Shown here piece after piece: positions 31,301 to 36,803 of a stretch of 36,803 nt of DNA. Positions within the stretch are counted from its first letter, which is position 1. Each line of letters opens with the position of its first letter. The notes under the pieces were generated by a model. The model made no database searches. It was given only the letters and a program-made list of their open reading frames with translations, and was not told the DNA's origin. The DNA comes from Stramenopiles sp. TOSAG23-2 (taxonomy: Eukaryota). The stretch lies in the NCBI GenBank assembly GCA_900128395.1, contig LT649332.1, positions 1-36,803 on the forward strand, given 5' to 3'. The translations under genes and the position numbers were made by a program.

Positions 31301-32591
31301 TGCCGAATCCTTTCGAATTTTGCTGTACGTATGGAAATCGCTCTGGCAATAAACTGGTGACATCCAATAACAATTTACGTATTGGAAACGATACATCAGA
31401 TTTTAAAGCTGGTAAGCAACTGATAAATATGACCATGGAAGCGTATCCTAATGACATTGCCAATGATTCACCAAGTTTTGAAGTATTATTGATTTCAATA
31501 TCACCAAGTAAATCAGCTTCTTGCATCCCTGGATCAATACCTTGAGGAAACGATTTAGATGCAGTTGCACTTTTCGCAGTGTATGCATCACTGTCTAAAT
31601 ATACTTGTAATCGTGCTTTCAATCGAACTATTAATGTATTCAATGCATGAATTGCAGTTAAAGTTGGGTCGTTCCCATTGGTATTCAAAAAACGCCTTTT
31701 ACTACTAGCATTATTGTCTTCCTCATTATTATCAACCATACCTGGTAAACTTATTTGACCAAGTAATCCATGCAATAAATCTGGACGTTGTAAAAATATT
31801 TCAGGTGGGAAATCATGTGCAGCAAAATCTGATATAGTTTTACATGCATTTGCAATATTTTGATCTTCCGCAACACGTAGTTGTGCTTGTAAATCAAATA
31901 GTGTACTTTCATCTGAACGTACCAATGAAATGATTGGAAATCTCCATCCACCTTTCAAGGACAACGGCCGTGCCATTTTAGATTTTGGAATGGACGTAGT
32001 GACAGCATCACTCTCTTGCCATGAGGTACGTTTTGAACCTTTCTTCTTGTTCCCTGTAGTCACGATAATTGTTTCATATTCTCCAAAATCAGTATCGTCT
32101 AAATTTAAACTTACGTCGCCAGGTAACTTTGCATTCATAGTATCACCAACTAATGGTCTTGCGAGTAATGAACCGATAATTTCATCGATAATTGTGTAAA
32201 AATGTTCCGGGCAATTATCGCTTTTGCGCAAAATTTGTAAGCTATCAACGGCACCTTTCCCTAATAAATATTGCCCTGAAACTTTTTCACGTGATAAAGT
32301 GTTTAAAAGTTGCAAAGCATATAAAGGCAAAGACCTAGTTCCATTTTCATTTCTGCCGTTTTCAGTATTTTCATCTTCCTCATTTTCGGGTGAAGTTGCT
32401 GTGCGATTGACCCAATCCAATAATGCATTCATTGCATTTCTATCTTGTATAATATCTGATTTCAAAAGCAAACCGTTGGTAAGCTTAAAATGAACATTCT
32501 CTAACGCTCTATTCCGTACGTCTGATAATGGATGACTTAATTTTTTCAATAAACTTTGTGTACGTGACATAATAGTAGTTGACGCTGCCAT
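25320..32591 (-). CDS. RTTN: Rotatin (centriole/basal body ARM-like protein)
   Basis: 2423-aa intronless ORF. N-terminal LLKKLSHPLSDVRNRALENVHFKL and DFPPEIFLQRP resemble rotatin's conserved N-terminal blocks, and the size is consistent. Confidence 0.85.
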   Translation of the reverse strand: MAASTTIMSRTQSLLKKLSHPLSDVRNRALENVHFKLTNGLLLKSDIIQDRNAMNALLDWVNRTATSPENEEDENTENGRNENGTRSLPLYALQLLNTLSREKVSGQYLLGKGAVDSLQILRKSDNCPEHFYTIIDEIIGSLLARPLVGDTMNAKLPGDVSLNLDDTDFGEYETIIVTTGNKKKGSKRTSWQESDAVTTSIPKSKMARPLSLKGGWRFPIISLVRSDESTLFDLQAQLRVAEDQNIANACKTISDFAAHDFPPEIFLQRPDLLHGLLGQISLPGMVDNNEEDNNASSKRRFLNTNGNDPTLTAIHALNTLIVRLKARLQVYLDSDAYTAKSATASKSFPQGIDPGMQEADLLGDIEINNTSKLGESLAMSLGYASMVIFISCLPALKSDVSFPIRKLLLDVTSLLPERFPYVQQNSKGFGTVVTNETLDCARIERCLEALSRIVSARIIRFLNDFEENDNESDNNKCMNTDVTTGHLCDINIMIQILSLVSPKTLIAAGKSSDIQQNRARSSNVFVPAEVISILKMFMQNEKLSSSQPDILQKTLPIIQVLDPISHKEYLHGRKVIGIINRMKNVLEMDDEVVSATNDQSNANNDQGNDLINLINTMKSGNEISTNNQYLKERFDFLQDSITALQYKFENISDVPMIVSQIIGLSIGLGRLISSEDDGRQEIIADESGKEYQLAMNLLLKLLSHPQREIQSETYSQLTVALDGNLTFASNELVGDASFMKKTLFCIALNPEVLYETFAHGMTSINDSVQTFAITFMRNVIVRAMKFPSAAVNALAPFQLYLQAYAYHDSRGGGYARDEDHNVGYSGGKTAVQSSLPEAVALIGLFPTQQSRASVTLHLVRKLLHCEKWVRHTASIELRDLIRKSNRFLNSSETLSNTRDKFIEDPVSVCTDGDRPLENVDCLQDGFSAASVAFAVDDISRFTDLLSTASTQGDVWKTGAIQCASILSDKRVVDGCMEKDANMLGLLCKICIDRLAGNNEIEHFAALQVIYVCTTQSIELSERLFSSSTGSGFSNSVSDNMCMHNLIVLSAFIFHSNRTFVALTLSIFAQLCFQPNDLFCYIVRTHSCSKSEIKNVEILSKIVDKDEGKIYASDSPVGLKQLEPLKMPNAINTMFPLDKLMDVLNVNIFHFKSVNSTLDHWKLGFEPNRIIQKMVNASVQRLIVTDRTSDEMRDSASTISLAIELLNDISTSSSHRSCTDALEKFYYNCEINEYLLENASRATWYETFRRFLETSPSSRKDELLLSKVVKCITKMASSMNSSAKIMALIALRDRLVPLLSVYLQRGNNKNKLNYGQSNKNKLKIPGTMIEMLRGAGYGLSKNFLDGVKNANSSYHTVERQALVKSILELTLALCYSKNNKNEKDMKTQQELKYSLLFETNLMSILAHHIALCNHKDLGTVRICVAILNGMISGISNSNGDLSRLVTPLNAITSLFVQIAQVHQLPSSFIGRAVFREAVLGIEQIAGLGFDVGVDFTWCRRLLIDHEVYVRVCGYNIITQIFSKQYDNEMLAKEPVHDSVPKIIQQSWTCAMDRKEPFVVRASAMHVVRSYFIFACMAQNSTSIDFNAEKNLGLQSFVALNVLQGLSEVLSNEALSSCALSNSIAQLLVTLDGAFGMLEGLDDEWLANRINNYDLWQPLLEMINPRTHWDGYIRNIERNYANAANAGYVTIDIPQDIEASFHNHGYTFNADKNVRRRNANNSDRGALSKATLNDIYNVWRNLYSGTSTACGGLIMHLAKRSLQINPSFCENQLEDMSPLVANTLEHFFAFSRKYFFMNNPSIAITMSKPDKFTLIQTILTLVNEISKGAKCPINNNNMNSKASMSLTNQFEKSLEFCLGTDAPDELRFASSILLSTVVTSNQWALLLSDAYLGKRPHVANGSDVNNNGYSETPEGSSILKTMIEFYLNRHSAIDLGFNDNLGSGRNNNNNSKIFVSWEQTIPPSQQDNVALIYGIRALLERSIYFKEECLRSGLFDFVLNRIDELHDLMVLETMNNKSISKKTKSKLTTHRELVLNAQAMGCFGIFESIIYRSSSANTYAWKHGGLRVIMKNLTYADAREVSTAFMEPTSLLGKILGVLINTLSTGGNLIKNLQMDKNKNGVSSYKVKKNSVSRNNTHNQFKKIIQKVTELAIFFGHYVAPNNYDAKKVWEMMRICYGIVSNAAISNPKTLKLIVRSGFFDKNFSLLEKILSKNNSMIRTGTISRGVSPRSTPNNSRPNSPTGNSNSKNANMPGLIVIPSTILSQQTKRQIIKDKNVRFENVINMLIRISTTKYGSEVVGKHKQTMDCVFRKAFEKPKTMLLMRNIALVKTNKAYFTSNPQVLNKIVNKLVDDNTDTQLQTAAHAAAVVHAIVNNNEKGKAIVKNGDVQGKIAQAKRRTEESIQFQRGKEWQFYRLNCLNEISVV

Positions 32592-33148
32592 TTTTCGTTT
32601 ATTTTAATTTTATTTTAAAATTTATCTATGTGTATATATATATATATATACGTATATATTTGTGGATGTGTAAACTTATATATTATATGTATATCTAAAC
32701 GTAACACCACTTTCAATTTCTATAATATTACAAACAACTATGAACATTCAACAAAACAAGTTTCATGTGTTATATTATTGAAATTTGTATAATATATATA
32801 AGTAAAGCAAAACCATTTATTTTTCATCAATAGTGTGTAGTATTGTTATGCGTATAAATTAAAATAAGAATCTTGTCTTGTATTTTTGATTTTACAAAAA
32901 TCACCAAATTCAAATATATTTATTATTTTTCCATCCTGAGATCGTAAAGTTAATACAGGTACATATTATAGCATTGAAGACATTACAAGGTACATACCAC
33001 TAATACACATGGATACCGTGTTGTCGTAAAAATAGGTACAAACACAACAACAGGCACACAACAGGCACAACAACACGGCATCACAACTATAGTTATTGAA
33101 GTAAAAAATAAGAAGTTTTCCTTCTTTCCTTTTTTTCTCCCTCGAAAT

Positions 33149-33346
33149 CAAGCGGAACGTGCGAACGAAATTTAATCAAAAAATGAATTTCAAAAAAGGA
33201 TTTTGTGATTTCATTTTTTGTTTTAAATAAATAACTAAAATGATAAGTCATTTTACAAAATAAAATCGGATATTTTTATGTTAATAATATCAATAATCGG
33301 CATATTTTGATCCAATTTCGTTCCGCTTTTGTTTTCGTTCCGCTTG
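33149..33346. mobile_element. Candidate MITE (~198 bp) with terminal inverted repeats and possible 3-bp AAT TSD
   Basis: CAAGCGGAACG at 33149-33159 and CGTTCCGCTTG at 33336-33346. Subterminal inverted similarity GAACGAAATTTAATCAAAAAATG / CATATTTTGATCCAATTTCGTTC. AT-rich interior; AAT flanks both ends. Confidence 0.55.
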
Positions 33347-33356
33347 AATCCTACTC

Positions 33357-33571
33357 TTCAACTATGATATAATGCTATTCCTATGCTAATATTCGGGCTG
33401 GCAAAAATGTAGCTTCGTTTTTTTAGATATCTTACGATTTTCCAACACCGCATTTTTTGCAAGATGTTTCGTTTGATTGACCTTGTAAATTATCCTCGTC
33501 CGCATTTGGGTCCGTTCAACTCTGATATAATGCTATTCCTATGCTAATATTCGGGCTGGCAAAAATGTAGC
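33357..33571 (+). repeat. Direct repeat, 2 x 57 bp (1 mismatch), 158 bp apart, upstream of the ENT gene
   Basis: TTCAACT[A/C]TGATATAATGCTATTCC...AAAAATGTAGC at 33357-33413 and 33515-33571. Confidence 0.93.
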
Positions 33572-33742
33572 CATAATAATAATAAATATACATAAAAATG
33601 ATGGGAGAAAATGCAAATATTTTTATGTACAACAAAAGAAGAGATAGATGTTTAATGGATTGGGATATTACTTTGCAGCATATATACCAATATATATTTA
33701 AATATATATATATAGAGAGAGAGAGAGATTGATACATATATT

Positions 33743-35560
33743 ATGCAGAAAAAAACGAAAATAAGATCCGCATCGACTTCCAATAACAACGTTTTAGGCA
33801 ATAATAATAATATTATCCAACAGCAAAATTATACAAATAGTAGCAAAAATAGTAGCAGAAAAGGTACCTCTGAGGAATTGAAAGAAAATAAAAGCAATAA
33901 AATGTCAACACCACGTAACCATTTGCAATCGACTTCATCGCCGGTAGATGGTAGACCGCCATTGATTCCGTCAGGGAAGAAGCAAACAATAGTAGCTCGA
34001 ATTGCAAAATTTGATAGTGCAGAATCTGTTATGCCACCTCCTATAGATCATAATAAAACTGTCTATAAGATTTTTTTCCTGCAAGGTTTAGGCATGATGT
34101 TTCCATGGAATGTTTACATTACTGCACAAAGTTACTACAAGCATCGATTTGAGGGCACAGCTCACACATCTAATTTTACTTTTTGGTTTTCAACATGTTT
34201 TCAAATAGCAAACATTGTCGGGTTAGCGTTGGCAGTGTATTATGGTAGTAAATTTAATATGCGTTTTAGCGTAGCTTTTCCAATGGTAATAAATTGTTTA
34301 GTATTAATTGCAACAACATCATTAGTAGAAACTAATCGTGTGACGGCAAATTTTCTTTTTATTTTGACATGCGGTTTCGTTGCAACTTGCGGTGTCTGTA
34401 CGGCATTATTACAATTAGGGATCTTTGGTTTAGCTGGTCGTTTTCCAAATGTATACATGCAAGCGGTCATGTCTGGACAGGGCATGGCAGGTATTGCGGT
34501 TTCGTTAATTAATATTTTTACCACCGTATCGGAGCCAGCGACGAAATCTAACTTATCTTTTGATGATATTAAAGAAAGTGCATTTATGTATTTTTTAATT
34601 GCAACCATAGTTGTGATTGTTACATTGCTATCATTTAATTTAATGTCATATTTAGACTTTGCGCAATATTATGCGTTCACTGATACGCAAGAAGAGCAAA
34701 ATAAAAACAGAAGAGAAAGAATGTTAGCACATCGTGAACGTAAAAAAAAAGAAAAGAATGGCTCTGTTGATACCACACCATTATTAATGAAACTTGGTGG
34801 ACCAGAAGATCCTAATATAATACCACCTTTTAAACGCAGTATTATGGAATCGCCCGTTTACAGCCGTCGTTCTACTCCTGGGACGACACCAAACGGTAGT
34901 CCAGGTGGTAGTAGAGGTAACTCGCCAAACTCTGATTATGAGGATCTAGAAGCTGATGACAAAGATGGTGGCAACAAAGTTGGCACATGTAAAATAATAT
35001 CGTACTTGTGGGCAGATGCTATTGGTGTATTTCTAGTATTCTTCGTAACATTGAGTCTTTTCCCTGGTGTGACTGCTGAAATACGATCAGTGAAAAATCC
35101 AGACAATTTTCCAGCACCACCATCTGGTCGAGTTTTTGGGGATTTATGGGTACCAATATCATTTTTATGTTTTAATGTTGGTGATACGCTCGGTAGAATA
35201 ATGACCGCATATGTGAAATTAACTACTAAACCTGTTTTAATTTTAGCTACATTGCGATTAGGATTTCTACCATTGTTTTTGAATTGCAATGTAGTGCCGG
35301 CTGGACTGGAACCGAAAGATGATGTTATATTTAACAATGACATTTATCCAATTATATTTATGGCTTTGATGGCAATAAGTAATGGATTTTTAGCAAGTTG
35401 CGCTATGATGAATGGTCCAGAAAATGTTCCAGACAACGTTGCCAGTCGCGCAGGTACATTGATGGCATTTTTCTTGGAATTTGGATTGATCTTAGGTTGC
35501 ACAGCAAGTTTTGGTTTACAAGCAATTGTTTGTCAATGCAATCCATTTTTATTTGATTAA
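33743..35560 (+). CDS. Equilibrative nucleoside transporter (SLC29/ENT family)
   Basis: IFFLQGLGMMFPWNVYITA..YY, SGQGMAG, VTLSLFPG, FNVGD.LGR, LR..F.PLF and SNGFLAS; about 11 TM segments with a large central loop. The true start could be a later ATG (MSTPR). Confidence 0.93.
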   Translation: MQKKTKIRSASTSNNNVLGNNNNIIQQQNYTNSSKNSSRKGTSEELKENKSNKMSTPRNHLQSTSSPVDGRPPLIPSGKKQTIVARIAKFDSAESVMPPPIDHNKTVYKIFFLQGLGMMFPWNVYITAQSYYKHRFEGTAHTSNFTFWFSTCFQIANIVGLALAVYYGSKFNMRFSVAFPMVINCLVLIATTSLVETNRVTANFLFILTCGFVATCGVCTALLQLGIFGLAGRFPNVYMQAVMSGQGMAGIAVSLINIFTTVSEPATKSNLSFDDIKESAFMYFLIATIVVIVTLLSFNLMSYLDFAQYYAFTDTQEEQNKNRRERMLAHRERKKKEKNGSVDTTPLLMKLGGPEDPNIIPPFKRSIMESPVYSRRSTPGTTPNGSPGGSRGNSPNSDYEDLEADDKDGGNKVGTCKIISYLWADAIGVFLVFFVTLSLFPGVTAEIRSVKNPDNFPAPPSGRVFGDLWVPISFLCFNVGDTLGRIMTAYVKLTTKPVLILATLRLGFLPLFLNCNVVPAGLEPKDDVIFNNDIYPIIFMALMAISNGFLASCAMMNGPENVPDNVASRAGTLMAFFLEFGLILGCTASFGLQAIVCQCNPFLFD

Positions 35561-35567
35561 AAAGAAA

Positions 35568-35596
35568 GTGTGTGCGTGTGTGTGTGTGTGTGTGTG
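35568..35596. repeat. Interrupted (GT)n microsatellite just after the ENT stop codon
   Basis: GTGTGTGCGTGTGTGTG...; similar tracts occur at ~24842 and, as (CA)n, at ~11867. Confidence 0.85.
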
Positions 35597-36803
35597 GCTG
35601 TATTCGAGTACAGTACGATCGTACCTGATTACACATTCGTATAATATATATATATATATACGAGTATTATATATTAGGAAGTATATAATAATTATGATAT
35701 GATAATTATATTTAAAAATTTTCTCTATTTACGCTTTAGGGCGTATTTTTAAATATGTCTGCATGTAGTTTTGATTGTTTTCAATTACTGTATATATTAA
35801 AAATCCATTACGAATGAAGAAAGCAATACTATTTTCAACCAGGACATCTACAAGCTGAATCATATTTCCGATTTAGAAAAAACAAATAATAATTATTATT
35901 TTTAAAGGAAGAATATGGCGTAAATTTATAAAAAATAATTGTATATGATTTTTATTTTTAAACATTTTAGTTTTTTTATAAATGGACATTTTCATTGGCA
36001 CATATAAGTATAATTATATGTATACTAATCCATTATATTTCCAAATCCATCAAAAATATTATTGTTAAAAATTGTTTTTATCATTCTGGAATTTTATATA
36101 AATATTTTGCATCTCTCTTTTGGTATAATTCCTTGCATCCTGCCCGGCCTGTGTTCATGTACCGAATAAATATTCCAAAAATATCATAAAATCATAAAAA
36201 CGAGGATCAACGCAAAACACATCTTTCATGACCGCGGCGGCTTAAAAATGGAGGGGAGAGGAATTGAATGAGATGTTATATGTATGAGAAGAGTGACACA
36301 GGTGGGTACATTGATAAACATTTATATTATTGAACTTATTAGTAAATAAATTGTTGTTGTTGTTGTTGTAATCATTCCTTGAATTGGATTGTATTAATCA
36401 TTCGTTTCTCGAGGAACATCGCTTACGTATTTGTACTCACATTCATCGATATTTCACCTATCAAACTGTCAGTAATTTATACCTTAAAATGGAAATTAGA
36501 GTTGTATACTATAACTAAGGCCTGCTCAAATCAAAATATTTTTGTAATTATAAACTTCATCACAACAGGTTTGCGAAACAACATCGAGATAGCATTGTTG
36601 AAATAATTTTAGCTGAGATCATAAGTGATAGTGATATTGAACTACTAAGAATACAAAAAGTACAAATCACATCGAATATTCACTGTTGTTGTCAAATATC
36701 CCTCTTCTTGTTCTATCTTTTTAGTCCAATTACATCTAATATTTATATATTGTACTTAAACGGGTAATTAGAATACCAAAAATGATAAAGATAAAAATAA
36801 CAC

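Noticed and set aside
25362-32493. Many 60-180-aa ORFs antisense to or overlapping rotatin, and similar ones over COPB2, BBOF1, the M16 gene and ENT
   Set aside because: Typical shadow ORFs of real coding sequence, with no motifs.
35760-36803. Somewhat coding-like composition, possibly a decayed gene or exons of a gene beyond the window
   Set aside because: The frames I read are interrupted by frequent stops and show no recognisable motif; a tBLASTx or BLASTX search would be needed.
1-36803. Alternative genetic code, tRNA/rRNA genes or viral/prokaryotic origin
   Set aside because: Long conserved ORFs read through in the standard code, the two split genes are explained by ordinary introns, no structural RNA was recognised, and the gene set is core eukaryotic.

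Overview
AT-rich, gene-dense, intron-poor eukaryotic nuclear DNA in the standard genetic code, with one 214-N assembly gap. BBOF1 and rotatin imply a flagellated or centriole-bearing organism; a stramenopile-like protist is my inference and is not demonstrated. I count 14 protein-coding genes: cytochrome b5-fused front-end desaturase, epoxide hydrolase ending in SKL, AhpD-like protein with a signal peptide, RING+3xMyb protein, BBOF1, membralin-like protein, MPP-alpha/Core-2 M16 protein, COPB2, a two-exon multipass membrane protein with a C-terminal beta-trefoil-like domain, a PSI-domain protein, a two-exon NagA, a 133-aa orphan, rotatin and an ENT transporter. The most unusual coding features are the C4C4 RING-like finger and PP1-type motif inserted in NagA, the RING-Myb fusion, the membrane/beta-trefoil protein and a possible desaturase-epoxide hydrolase-AhpD lipid-redox trio. 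The most unusual non-coding features are a TACGA/TCGTA motif concentrated in 3' intergenic regions, a recurring 18-bp palindrome, a ~200-bp MITE-like element, a short TTAGGG tract and many local duplications, some of which may be assembly artefacts. All family assignments come from motif recognition by eye; no searches were run.
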